A stretch of 64,000 bases of DNA from an uncultured Bacilli bacterium (GCA_910580185.1 CAJTWC010000003.1:34304-98303), one strand, 5' to 3'. Counted from the first letter of the stretch, positions 41,163-51,257 are shown. Notes: generated from the letters alone by a model not told the origin. Made by a program: numbers and translations.

Positions 41163-41212
41163 CCACCTATCAGTATAATTTATAATTCTAATAAAAAGGA
41201 GACAAAAAGGAA

Positions 41213-41875
41213 ATGGAAAATGAAAGACTAGTATTATTTTTTAGTGACGTAGAAGGAACACTAAACAAATTAGACTATGATAGTGCGCAAAAACTAAAAG
41301 CATTATTAGAAAAGAAAAGATTACATTATAAAGCCGATAAAGTAGTAGTATCTTTAGTTAGTAATTGTATGAACTGTTTCTTAGAAGAATATATTGAAAC
41401 TTTAGCTAAACCATTAGAGGATAATGAAACAATAGTTTTAGGAAGATGTTTTTCTCACGATGACATTATAGAAAATGGAGAAACCATTTATGCTTATGGA
41501 GGCGATAGTAAACCTGGGAAAATATCTAGGTATACAAATGATATAACCTTTGAGCAAGGTGCCATAGTTGCCTACGCTATGTACGCTGATGATGAAATGA
41601 CTAATGATATTATGCAAACCGTAAATGATTCATTAAAATGGGATGTAGAGTCAAAAGTTGATTTCTTTATTCCTGGCGCTAAAAAAGATAAAAACTATTT
41701 TATTGAAGAAAGAGAAAATAATAATCCCTTTATTATAGGAGGACATAAAACAAAAAAAGATAATATATTTACTTCTTCAAAACCTAACGTAAATGGTTTA
41801 ATAGAATGTATGAAAAAAAGTAGTTTTAAAGATAGTGACCCATACGAAGTTCCAACTGAAAATATAATTAAGTAA
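41213..41875 (+). CDS. HAD-like paralog 3 (degenerate motif I DxxGT)
   Basis: LVLFFSDVEGTLNKLD, VVVSLVSNC, AMYADDEMTND, C-terminal NVNGLIECMKK. Confidence 0.45.
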   Translation: MENERLVLFFSDVEGTLNKLDYDSAQKLKALLEKKRLHYKADKVVVSLVSNCMNCFLEEYIETLAKPLEDNETIVLGRCFSHDDIIENGETIYAYGGDSKPGKISRYTNDITFEQGAIVAYAMYADDEMTNDIMQTVNDSLKWDVESKVDFFIPGAKKDKNYFIEERENNNPFIIGGHKTKKDNIFTSSKPNVNGLIECMKKSSFKDSDPYEVPTENIIK

Positions 41876-41885
41876 ATATTCGTTT

Positions 41886-41916
41886 AAAAAAGTATCGATT
41901 TTTGATACTTTTTTGT
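41886..41916 (+). terminator. rho-independent terminator after the paralog cluster
   Basis: AAAAAGTATC-loop-GATACTTTTTT. Confidence 0.55.
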
Positions 41917-42026
41917 TTAAGAAAAAAGAAAGTCTACCATATTTTTAAAAGTATACGCATTGTAGGTTGAAAAAAATATGTAGAAATTTTAAAATAGTAG
42001 AGTAAAGTATGAGAGGAGTAAACATT

Positions 42027-42926
42027 ATGGACGCAAAAAAAATAGGCGAACTAATTAAGAAAAAAAGATTAGAATTAGAACTAACGCAAAATGAACTTGC
42101 CAGCAAATTAAATATAACAGATAAAGCAATTTCAAAATGGGAACAAGGATTAGGTTGCCCTGATATATCAATTGTTAAATATCTTTCTAATATATTAGGA
42201 ATTAGCACTGAAGAGCTTTTAGAAGGAGAAGAAAAAGAAGGAGGAAGTATAAATTATATTAAGAAATATAGTAATGTAAGAACAAGAAATAAAGATAGAT
42301 CGGAATCTATAATAAAATTTTGTATACTTTTCTTAGTGATATTCGCATTGTTGGGTACTATTATAAGTCTCTTAGGTAATACGTTAAAGATTTATAGCCC
42401 AGTTGATGATTTATATTTAGTGATATATGATGAGGATAATATGTCTGAATTATATAAAGATACTAAGAAAAAAATAGAAGTAATAAAAAAAGATGATAAG
42501 ATTTTATATACTAATGAAGAAAAACAAGTAATAGTAGACTATCTAACATATTTAGATAACAACATAAATGAATTAATAAAAATTATGGATAAAGATAGCA
42601 AAATTAATTTTTATAAAATACCACAATTATTTAATGACGTTTTCTCAATGTCCGGGCCTGACAAAAAAAATAAATTATCAAATATAGCTAAAATTATGAA
42701 AAAGTATACTAACAAAGGTTTTAATGACCATATAAAAACTTTTGATTCTTATGAAGAATATAGGTTGAATTTTTACAAATCATCTTTATTATCAGAGCAA
42801 TTTAATAAACCAAAATTATATTATAAAAATTACGTATCAAACGTTGATTTTAATATAGATTGGAAAATTAAGTATTTTAATGAAATTACTAATTTCTTAA
42901 TGGAAGTAGGTGAAGTAAATGAATAA
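42027..42926 (+). CDS. membrane-anchored XRE-family HTH transcriptional regulator (copy 1)
   Basis: N-terminal HTH LTQNELASKLNITDKAISKWEQG, one TM (FCILFLVIFALLGTIISLL), extracytoplasmic domain; GAGAGGAG RBS. Confidence 0.65.
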   Translation: MDAKKIGELIKKKRLELELTQNELASKLNITDKAISKWEQGLGCPDISIVKYLSNILGISTEELLEGEEKEGGSINYIKKYSNVRTRNKDRSESIIKFCILFLVIFALLGTIISLLGNTLKIYSPVDDLYLVIYDEDNMSELYKDTKKKIEVIKKDDKILYTNEEKQVIVDYLTYLDNNINELIKIMDKDSKINFYKIPQLFNDVFSMSGPDKKNKLSNIAKIMKKYTNKGFNDHIKTFDSYEEYRLNFYKSSLLSEQFNKPKLYYKNYVSNVDFNIDWKIKYFNEITNFLMEVGEVNE

Positions 42927-43353
42927 TAAAAAATTTACTATATTAACAACAGTATCAACTATAATAATTTGGATTATCCTTAGTTTGCTTATAAGTATTA
43001 GTAATAACATTCATTATGATTATAATGTTTATTATTATTTAATTGAACATCCATATTTTATAATAACTTTCACAATATTAATAATTTTTCTTTTGGTTTA
43101 TTTATTTTATAATAAATACAAAATAAGGTTTTTTTATTCGAAAAATTTAAATATATATATAAACGTAGTAAATATAACGTTCATCTTACTTAGTTTGATA
43201 GATTTATGTTTATCAATTTATTTAACTAATATATATAATACAGAATTTTATTATGAGAATTTTTACATGGTGCAATGCTCAATAATATATAACATCATTT
43301 ATTTGCTACTTATCATATGGATATTTACTTTAAAGAAAAAGAGGATAAAATAA
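42919..43353 (+). CDS. small polytopic membrane protein partner of the XRE regulator (copy 1)
   Basis: 144 aa with 4 TM helices; its start overlaps the regulator stop by 8 nt. Confidence 0.4.
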   Translation: MNNKKFTILTTVSTIIIWIILSLLISISNNIHYDYNVYYYLIEHPYFIITFTILIIFLLVYLFYNKYKIRFFYSKNLNIYINVVNITFILLSLIDLCLSIYLTNIYNTEFYYENFYMVQCSIIYNIIYLLLIIWIFTLKKKRIK

Positions 43354-43354
43354 G

Positions 43355-44500
43355 ATGAAAAAAACAGATATAGGCAAAATAATAAAAGAAAATAGATTAA
43401 AACTTGGAATAACACAAGAAGAACTTGCAAAAAAATTAAAAGTAAGTAATAAAGCTGTCTCTAAGTGGGAATCTGGAAAATCATCACCTAAAGTAAACAT
43501 TTTAAAAGAATTATCAAGCATTTTAGATGTAGATTTTTCTAATTTCATAGAAGAAAATGAGAAAAACAACATAAATGAATATGAATATTCAATCACGTAT
43601 AAAACTGATACAAATTTTTATAAGATAAGAAACACTTTAAAATCTATCCTTATGGTTTTAATGATAAGTATTCTATCAATATATGTGTCAATAATTTATA
43701 TGCAAGAAAAAGGTGCAAATATAAATAATGAATATTTAACTCTAAACGGATATAAAGCATTAAAAAAAGAAAATAATGAAATAATAAATAAATGCGATTA
43801 CATACTAAATAACTATGAAAAAGTAAAATTTAGTAAAAATGAAAATAAAGTAATTAAAAAAAACGGAAAAAATTATAGAGGAAAATATGAAATAATTAGA
43901 GAATATTATGATTTATTTAGTTATGAAACTTATTCATATATTAATGATGATGAAAATTTTGAAGAAGAAGAGGCCGAAAAACTTTCATTATATAATTATA
44001 TATATTGGAATGTAAAAAGACTCAAAGATTTTACAATATATAAGCAAGAATTACTAGATGAATTATGGAATAATAAAAAAGAAAGCAATTATAATTCTAG
44101 GTTTACTCTTGATTTTATAAATAAATATATAAACTATAAGGACAAAAATCTATTAAAAGGTAATACTAGCTGTCTTTATGGCATTGACGGATATTCAGAT
44201 GGTGAGTATTGTTCTAACATTGATATAAATGGTATTTATGATATTTTATGGTATTATGGAAATAAAGAAGAAATGAAAAAGGAATTAACTAATCAAAAAA
44301 GAAATAGAAAAGCCTCTGGTAGTATTATCTCGGATAATTATCAATATAATGCTTTTTCATATAAAGTTATGAAGTTAAATGCACTAGGACGTTTTTCTGA
44401 CAATTCAATTGCTGATTTGCAAAATGCTTTATTAGTAATTGATGATGCGAACATAAAACTATTAGATGATATTATTAAAGTAGGTGGAATAAATGAATAA
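43355..44500 (+). CDS. membrane-anchored XRE-family HTH transcriptional regulator (copy 2)
   Basis: HTH ITQEELAKKLKVSNKAVSKWESG, TM, larger C-terminal domain. Confidence 0.65.
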   Translation: MKKTDIGKIIKENRLKLGITQEELAKKLKVSNKAVSKWESGKSSPKVNILKELSSILDVDFSNFIEENEKNNINEYEYSITYKTDTNFYKIRNTLKSILMVLMISILSIYVSIIYMQEKGANINNEYLTLNGYKALKKENNEIINKCDYILNNYEKVKFSKNENKVIKKNGKNYRGKYEIIREYYDLFSYETYSYINDDENFEEEEAEKLSLYNYIYWNVKRLKDFTIYKQELLDELWNNKKESNYNSRFTLDFINKYINYKDKNLLKGNTSCLYGIDGYSDGEYCSNIDINGIYDILWYYGNKEEMKKELTNQKRNRKASGSIISDNYQYNAFSYKVMKLNALGRFSDNSIADLQNALLVIDDANIKLLDDIIKVGGINE

Positions 44501-44912
44501 AATTTTAAAAATACTAATTTACTTATTATCTATTACGTCAACTATTTTATTGATTTACTATTATAAGTCTTATGATACTATTTATATATCTGATATCGTA
44601 AAATTAATTATATTGGTTTTATTTATTAACCTATATATTACAATAATTAATATTAAGAAAAACATAAATAAATACAAAGTATATAATAATTCATATATAT
44701 TTTATTTGATAATATCATTAGCTTTAATAGGAAGTATAATATATGGAATGCATTTAAACAATATATATTTAAATTTAACATCTTATGATCAATATGTAGG
44801 TACAACGTTTGATAGCTTTTTTATAAAAACTTTTAAATCTTTATATTTTATTTTTTCTATATATTTAATTTTAAGTTTCAAAAGTAAAAAAATAATAATA
44901 AAAAAAAGATAA
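44493..44912 (+). CDS. small polytopic membrane protein partner (copy 2)
   Basis: 139 aa with 4 TM helices; overlaps the upstream stop by 8 nt. Confidence 0.4.
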   Translation: MNKILKILIYLLSITSTILLIYYYKSYDTIYISDIVKLIILVLFINLYITIINIKKNINKYKVYNNSYIFYLIISLALIGSIIYGMHLNNIYLNLTSYDQYVGTTFDSFFIKTFKSLYFIFSIYLILSFKSKKIIIKKR

Positions 44913-44993
44913 TTTAATAAATTATAATAATGTTGTCTTTATATCTAATATAATTAATATTTTAAAGCATATAATTAGTTAGGAGGAAAATTC

Positions 44994-45755
44994 ATGCCAA
45001 ATAGCACATTATATGCTTTTATTTTGTCTTTTTTAGCGGGTATATCAACCGTTATAGGGGCTTTTCTTATATTTTTTGATAAAAATAGGAATAATAAACT
45101 AGTAACAATAAGTTTATCTTTTGCTGCAGGAGTTATGATATGCGTATCATTAACTGACTTGCTACCAAATAGTTTTAATATGATTTTAAGTAGTAATAAC
45201 TCTTTTCCAAAACTAATATTAACACTTATATTTATGGTTATTGGAATAATTATTTCTATGTTAATCGATAAATACTTACCAAGCGAATACGAAAACAAAG
45301 ATAACAAAGGATTATATAAAATAGGAATAATAAGCATGGTTGCAATTATTCTTCATAATATTCCAGAAGGTATTGCAACGTTTATCACTTCTACTAATAA
45401 TTTAAGTTTAGGAATAACACTAACACTTGCAATAGCACTTCATAATATTCCGGAAGGAATATCAATTGCCGTTCCAATATATCATTCTACTGGTAATAAG
45501 TTAAAAGCAATTATGTATGCACTATTATCTGGTATGAGTGAGGTAGTAGGAAGCATATTAGCATACCTTTTTTTAGCGCCTTTTATAAACGATCACATAA
45601 TGGCCTCTTTATATGCGATAATAGCAGGTATAATGATTCATATATCAGTTTATGAACTTATTCCAGGAGCATATAAAGATAGCACTTTAAAAACGGTCAT
45701 TAAGTTTTTTTTAATAGGTACAATCGTAATGTTACTAAGTCATGTTTTAATGTAA
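44994..45755 (+). CDS. zupT: ZIP-family zinc transporter ZupT
   Basis: Two HNIPEG motifs (HNIPEGIATF, HNIPEGISIA); 8 TM helices; AGGAGG RBS. Confidence 0.85.
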   Translation: MPNSTLYAFILSFLAGISTVIGAFLIFFDKNRNNKLVTISLSFAAGVMICVSLTDLLPNSFNMILSSNNSFPKLILTLIFMVIGIIISMLIDKYLPSEYENKDNKGLYKIGIISMVAIILHNIPEGIATFITSTNNLSLGITLTLAIALHNIPEGISIAVPIYHSTGNKLKAIMYALLSGMSEVVGSILAYLFLAPFINDHIMASLYAIIAGIMIHISVYELIPGAYKDSTLKTVIKFFLIGTIVMLLSHVLM

Positions 45756-45850
45756 TATGATGTTAATTTTTAATAGAGATAGATAAAAGTGAGGTTAATA
45801 TAGACATTTAAATGCGTTTTTGATAAAATAATTGCATTTAGGAGGCTTTT

Positions 45851-46942
45851 ATGAAAGACGGAATCGTAGAACTTTTAAACACTCTAAGTATAAAAACAGG
45901 ATATTCATATACCACCTTATCATCAGTAAACAAAAGAATTACATGGACTTTTCCTAACATGAGTTTTGACGAAAAATCAAAATTATTATTAAGTATAACA
46001 GAACTAGATGAATTTATTTTTAGAGAAGATAATAAAAGAATCCGCGTAAACGGGTATCAACTAGATATGGTTACATATGCTGTTTTAAGTGACATTTTAA
46101 CAAAAAAATACAATGAGAAAAATAAGATGATAGGAGAAATATTAGATGAATATTTAATAGAAAATAAAGATTCTTTAATGATAACACCAGAATTAAAAAA
46201 TAATTTAAAAAGCACGTTGGGAATAGGTGAAGAAACTCTTACAAAGTGTTTTTATCGGTTAAAAAAAGACCATAAAGATTTGAATTATAAAGAAATAATT
46301 GATGTAATAAAATTTTTATTACAATTTAAAGGAAAGTTTAGTTTTGTTCCGCATAAGCGTCTGGTAAAGATTAAAGATAATTTTTATAATACAACTCAAA
46401 TATCATTTATTAACACAATAATAAATATAAAAATAAATGACAAAATTGCAAATCCAGATGAAATAATTAATATTTATATGGAAATTTATGACCATAACAA
46501 AAAAATTATAGATGAACCAAAAATAAATGAAAGCATAGAAGAAACGACAAAGTTAAGAGAGTTAGAAGCTCAAATAAGTAAAAATTTAGGATATTCACCA
46601 GTTTTCTTTAAACAATTATTTAATATGTTAAAATGTAGAAATTCATCCATTAAAGATTATGATTATTTTAGTTGCTTAAATATGGTTCTAAATTTATCCT
46701 CATATGTTTATTATGAAGAATCTAAACGTTATAAAGTTGTTATTGAAAAATACAACTACAAATATAACGCTTCTACATTCTGGATAATGCTATTTGAATT
46801 AAAACTTAAAAATCCTTCTTTATCCTTAGATGATGCAGTTTTAAAAGTTATAGAACAAACTGATGGTAATATTCATTTTTCTGACGATGGAAAACAATCA
46901 AAAAATAAAGGTGCATCTATAACTAAAAAAGGTAAAATATAA
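45851..46942 (+). CDS. hypothetical protein
   Basis: AGGAGG RBS; 363 aa. Confidence 0.45.
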   Translation: MKDGIVELLNTLSIKTGYSYTTLSSVNKRITWTFPNMSFDEKSKLLLSITELDEFIFREDNKRIRVNGYQLDMVTYAVLSDILTKKYNEKNKMIGEILDEYLIENKDSLMITPELKNNLKSTLGIGEETLTKCFYRLKKDHKDLNYKEIIDVIKFLLQFKGKFSFVPHKRLVKIKDNFYNTTQISFINTIINIKINDKIANPDEIINIYMEIYDHNKKIIDEPKINESIEETTKLRELEAQISKNLGYSPVFFKQLFNMLKCRNSSIKDYDYFSCLNMVLNLSSYVYYEESKRYKVVIEKYNYKYNASTFWIMLFELKLKNPSLSLDDAVLKVIEQTDGNIHFSDDGKQSKNKGASITKKGKI

Positions 46943-46945
46943 ACT

Positions 46946-47758
46946 ATGAATTATGAATTATTAAATGAAATCATAAATTATATAGAAAAAAATTTAACAA
47001 ATAATATTGATATTAAAAAACTAGCTAAAAAGTTAGGATTAAATGATTTTATAATGGGAAGGGTATTTAGCATTGTAACTAATATATCAATTAGTGAATA
47101 CATAAGAAAAAGAAGACTATCACTAGCTTTTGAAGAACTTAAATTAACCGATAATAAAATTATTAATATAGCCTTAAAATATGGATATGATTCACACATT
47201 TCTTTTTCAAGAAGTTTTAAAAAAGAATTTGGAATAACACCTAGTAATTTAAGAAAAACAAAAGAAGAAAATTATAAGTTATTTCCTAGAATTAAATTCG
47301 GAAGTGAATTTCAAAGCAAGAACATCATTAATTATGAAATTAAAAAGATAAATGGGTTTACCATTTATGGAAAAAGTGTAAATGCTAAAACTTTTGATGA
47401 CTTGCACTATAAGATTAGAAAATTATATAATGAGCTTAGAGAAAATGGCACTTATGAACGATTTTTAAAAAGTGGGTACTATGCTTTAACATGTTATAAT
47501 AACGATCCTTTAATATACTTAGTTGGAAGCAAGCTAAAAGATAATAATCTTGATAGTTATGATGTAAAAAAAGGTGAATATGCTATATTCGAAGTTGGTT
47601 CTAAAAATCAAAAAGATATTATCAAAACGATAAAATTCATAAATGAGATATACTGTGGATCTACAAAATTAGAAATTAAAGAAGATCCGTATATTGAATG
47701 TTATACAAAAGATAATTGTTATATATACGTCCCAATAGAAAAAAAGAAACAAAACTGA
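46946..47758 (+). CDS. AraC-family transcriptional regulator with GyrI-like effector-binding domain
   Basis: N-terminal AraC HTH (ISISEYIRKRRLSLAFEEL...YGYDSHISFSRSFKKEFGITPS) and a C-terminal GyrI-like fold. Confidence 0.75.
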   Translation: MNYELLNEIINYIEKNLTNNIDIKKLAKKLGLNDFIMGRVFSIVTNISISEYIRKRRLSLAFEELKLTDNKIINIALKYGYDSHISFSRSFKKEFGITPSNLRKTKEENYKLFPRIKFGSEFQSKNIINYEIKKINGFTIYGKSVNAKTFDDLHYKIRKLYNELRENGTYERFLKSGYYALTCYNNDPLIYLVGSKLKDNNLDSYDVKKGEYAIFEVGSKNQKDIIKTIKFINEIYCGSTKLEIKEDPYIECYTKDNCYIYVPIEKKKQN

Positions 47759-47816
47759 TATATAAAATGTTTCTTTTTTTATTGATTTAATTGCTAAAAT
47801 CATAATGGTGGTATTA

Positions 47817-49505
47817 ATGATTAAAAGGTATTATAATATTTGTAAAAAAACAAGATGTATACTTTATTTCTTTTTGTTATGTTTAATTGTTTTAGGAGTA
47901 TTGAATTTAATTTTACCAATTTATGCATCTAAAATAATTGATTATTTAACCATTAAAAACTTAAATATGTTTGTTAAAACGATTATTATTTTAACAATTC
48001 TTTTTTTAGTAACAAATTTGTTTTCCTATTTTGCAAAAAAACTGTATTCAGTATTTTTTAGAGAAACGTTTATAGACGTTCATAAGATGATTATAAATAA
48101 ATTATATGATTATAATGATGAGTTAATAAACATCCCAAAAGGAAAAATAATTAGTACAACAAACATAGATGCTATTAACATAGCAGAAATGCCTGATTAT
48201 ATGTTTAACGTTTTATTTAACTTTTTACTAATAATATGCATGTTAATATTTTTTATGAAAATTAGTTTAATATTTGGTATTATTTTATTATTAGTAATTA
48301 TTATATATATGTTTTTAGCAAGCAGACTAATCAAAAAAGAGGCTCATTACATGGGAGGGCAAAGAGGATACCAAGATAAACTAACTAACTTACTTGGTCA
48401 AACATTAAATGGTATAAGAGAGATAAAAACCTTTAATATGAAATCTGGTTTAAATAGAAAATATGATACTTTAAGACGCGGTTGGGCTAGAAAATACATG
48501 TTAAAAAGAAAGTACGTAATAGCACATCAAGTTCATTTAAAGTACATAACTTATGTATCAAAAATTATCTTATACGTAGTATCAGCATATCTTTTATTTA
48601 ATAATAAAATAACTATTGGTGTAATAATTTTATTAATAAATTATTTTAATAACATTTTTTCATATGCATCTGAATTAGTAAGTGACGCATCAACCGTTAG
48701 AAATTACAATATATCATTAGATAGAGTATGTAATTTATTAGAAAATGGTAACGAAAAAAATGTATATGGAAGTGTTAATAATAATTACATTGATGGTAAA
48801 GTACTATTTAAAAACGTATCATTTTCTTATAAAGATATACCAACCATTAAGAATATTAGTTTTGAATCTAACCCTAACAAGATAACCGTTATAGCGGGTA
48901 AAACCGGGAGTGGTAAAACAACCATATTTAATATCTTATTAAGGTTATATAAACCTAATAAAGGATATGTTACCATAGATGATATAAAAATAGACGAATA
49001 TACTAAAGATGTATATTATAATAACGTATCAGTAGTTAACCAGGAAAGTTTTTTATTTAACATGAGTATCAAAGATAATTTATCTATGATTAGTAAAGAC
49101 ATTAATAAACAAATAGAAGTATGTAAAAGAGTAGGAATACATGATTTAATAGTTAAACTACCTAAAGGCTATGACACTATTTTAAGTGAGAATGCGGGCA
49201 ATTTATCAGGAGGGCAGAAAAGACTACTATCTCTTGCTAAAACACTTCTAACTGGCTCTGAAATACTTTTATTTGATGAGGTAACATCATCACTTGATCC
49301 AGGAACTACCAAAGAGATAATAAAGGTATTAAAAGACTTAAAAAAAGATCATACAATAATTATTATTACTCATAAAGAAGAGATGATGAAAATAGCCGAT
49401 GAACTAATTATATTAAATAAGGGAAGAATCGTTCAAAAAGGAAATTATAAAAGTTTAATAAATAACGCACATTTAAAAAATTTAATTGGAAAAGAAGGTA
49501 AATAA
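47817..49505 (+). CDS. ABC transporter fused permease/ATP-binding protein (multidrug-type exporter)
   Basis: Walker A GKTGSGKTT, signature LSGGQKRLL, Walker B ILLFDEVTSSLD; start is the ATG at 47817 (GGTGG upstream) or at 47805. Confidence 0.85.
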   Translation: MIKRYYNICKKTRCILYFFLLCLIVLGVLNLILPIYASKIIDYLTIKNLNMFVKTIIILTILFLVTNLFSYFAKKLYSVFFRETFIDVHKMIINKLYDYNDELINIPKGKIISTTNIDAINIAEMPDYMFNVLFNFLLIICMLIFFMKISLIFGIILLLVIIIYMFLASRLIKKEAHYMGGQRGYQDKLTNLLGQTLNGIREIKTFNMKSGLNRKYDTLRRGWARKYMLKRKYVIAHQVHLKYITYVSKIILYVVSAYLLFNNKITIGVIILLINYFNNIFSYASELVSDASTVRNYNISLDRVCNLLENGNEKNVYGSVNNNYIDGKVLFKNVSFSYKDIPTIKNISFESNPNKITVIAGKTGSGKTTIFNILLRLYKPNKGYVTIDDIKIDEYTKDVYYNNVSVVNQESFLFNMSIKDNLSMISKDINKQIEVCKRVGIHDLIVKLPKGYDTILSENAGNLSGGQKRLLSLAKTLLTGSEILLFDEVTSSLDPGTTKEIIKVLKDLKKDHTIIIITHKEEMMKIADELIILNKGRIVQKGNYKSLINNAHLKNLIGKEGK

Positions 49506-50068
49506 TGGAAACAATTGATAGCATAAAAACAAGGTGGAGTAACTATAAATATAAAAATAAAGATATTCCAAAAGATGTTATAGAAGACATATTAAATTGT
49601 GGTAGGCTTGCTCCTTCTGCTAAGAATAGACAACCTTGGTACTTTGTAGTTACAACAGGTAATACAAAGAATGAAATTACAAACATAATGCTTAGTGAAG
49701 TGGGAAGAATCACTGATAAGGATGAAATAAAAAGAATAGGGCATCCTTGTAGTCTTTTATCAACCGCAAGGACAATAAAAAAAGTTCCTGTATTAATTTT
49801 AATATTTAGACCAAATGATAAAGCTTGGGCTAAAGGAGATAGATTATCACTTGGTGCGTGTATAGAAAACATGTGCTTAAAAGCAACTGAGTTAGGTATT
49901 GGTTCTTTATGGATATTAGATACCGTATACGTTGAAAAAGAAATACAAAAAGTTACTAACCATGAAGACATGGAATTAGTGTGTGGTTTATTACTAGGAT
50001 ATCCAGATCAAAAACCCAGAAAAAAGATTAGAAAAAAATTAAAAGATATGATGGAGTGGCAAATATAA
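49505..50068 (+). CDS. nitroreductase family protein
   Basis: RLAPSAKNRQPWYFVV motif; 187 aa. Confidence 0.75.
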   Translation: METIDSIKTRWSNYKYKNKDIPKDVIEDILNCGRLAPSAKNRQPWYFVVTTGNTKNEITNIMLSEVGRITDKDEIKRIGHPCSLLSTARTIKKVPVLILIFRPNDKAWAKGDRLSLGACIENMCLKATELGIGSLWILDTVYVEKEIQKVTNHEDMELVCGLLLGYPDQKPRKKIRKKLKDMMEWQI

Positions 50069-50565
50069 TGTACGAAATAAAAGAAGTAAAACATAGTAAT
50101 AAAGACTTTATAAATTTATGCAAAAAAATAGATGAGTATCAAAACGATTTAATTCCATTAAGAAAAAATTGGGGTTTTTCTTCTCTAGATGAAATAGATG
50201 TTTTAGATAAAATATTATTAATGTATGATAATGAAAAAGCAGTAGCATCAGCTTCTATTAGAAAAGTTGATAATAATACTGCTGAATTATGCTCTATATA
50301 TACAGAAGAAGAATATAGAAATAAAGGAATATGCACTTTACTTATAAATGAGTTAATAAAGTATTTAGCCTCCAATAACTACAAGAAACTTATATTATAT
50401 ACTCTAAAAGGAAGTATACCTGCTATTTCTTTGTATAATAAGTTTGGTTTTGTAAAAATAAATATAGAAGAAAAGAAAGAAGATATGGATCACATGTCTT
50501 ATTTAAATAATGATACGTTAGAAGAAATAGATAAGTATACAGTTTATATGGAAAAGATATTATAG
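50056..50565 (+). CDS. GNAT family N-acetyltransferase
   Basis: Acetyl-CoA binding region RNKGICTLLINELIKY; 169 aa. Confidence 0.7.
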   Translation: MANIMYEIKEVKHSNKDFINLCKKIDEYQNDLIPLRKNWGFSSLDEIDVLDKILLMYDNEKAVASASIRKVDNNTAELCSIYTEEEYRNKGICTLLINELIKYLASNNYKKLILYTLKGSIPAISLYNKFGFVKINIEEKKEDMDHMSYLNNDTLEEIDKYTVYMEKIL

Positions 50566-50608
50566 TTAAAAATATAATGGTCTTTTTTATTTATAATATT
50601 AAAAAGCA

Positions 50609-50637
50609 TTGACAAAACAATAAGAATTTGTTAATAT
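50609..50637 (+). promoter_or_regulatory. near-consensus sigma70 promoter (-35 TTGACA, 17-nt spacer, -10 TAATAT)
   Basis: Read directly; lies upstream of the ORF at 50670. Confidence 0.5.
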
Positions 50638-50669
50638 AACGCCGTTAGGTTACTTAAGAGGGGGATACA

Positions 50670-51071
50670 ATGAAAATATTTAAAAACTTTGAAAATGATG
50701 AAACTAATAAATATATGATTAAAAATTACAATTTAAAAAATGTCAATAAAAAAAAGCTTGCATATTTAATTTTGGTTCCAGTGATTATTTGTGGTAGTAT
50801 TATTGGTACAGCTACCACCGTTAAAGCTTCGCAAATAGAGGATAATTATTATAATAAAAAAGAAACTAGTAGTATAATGTATGTTGATGAAAATACGAAC
50901 AAATTAGCATATCAAACAGATAAAAGTCATAAAGAAAATAATAATCTGCGTTTTATTGATTCTGAAGAGAATAGTGAATTATTAGATTATATTGCGCTTG
51001 GTGTAAGTTGTACAGCATTAGGATTATCAGTAGCCAATTTTGCAAACATACTAAGTAAAAGAAAAAGATAA
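50670..51071 (+). CDS. hypothetical secreted or membrane protein
   Basis: N-terminal TM or signal peptide and a C-terminal hydrophobic segment plus KRKR; AGAGGGGGA RBS. Confidence 0.4.
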   Translation: MKIFKNFENDETNKYMIKNYNLKNVNKKKLAYLILVPVIICGSIIGTATTVKASQIEDNYYNKKETSSIMYVDENTNKLAYQTDKSHKENNNLRFIDSEENSELLDYIALGVSCTALGLSVANFANILSKRKR

Positions 51072-51257
51072 ATAGCTAAACATTTTGGCTATTTTTATTA
51101 TAAAATAATTAAAAAAATGATTTAAGAAAAGATTATGAATAACAATATTATAGATAAAGTTATTAGAAAAAATCATATTAAATTAATAAAAGATAAATTC
51201 AATCAATAAGTCCCCTATTATTTATTAAAATTTAAGTAGGGGAGTTAAGTATAAAAA

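Noticed and set aside
45756-45850. Hairpin AAATGC-(18 nt)-GCATTT upstream of the ORF at 45851, considered as a riboswitch or attenuator
   Set aside because: The stem is only 6 bp with a large AT loop and no conserved riboswitch motifs
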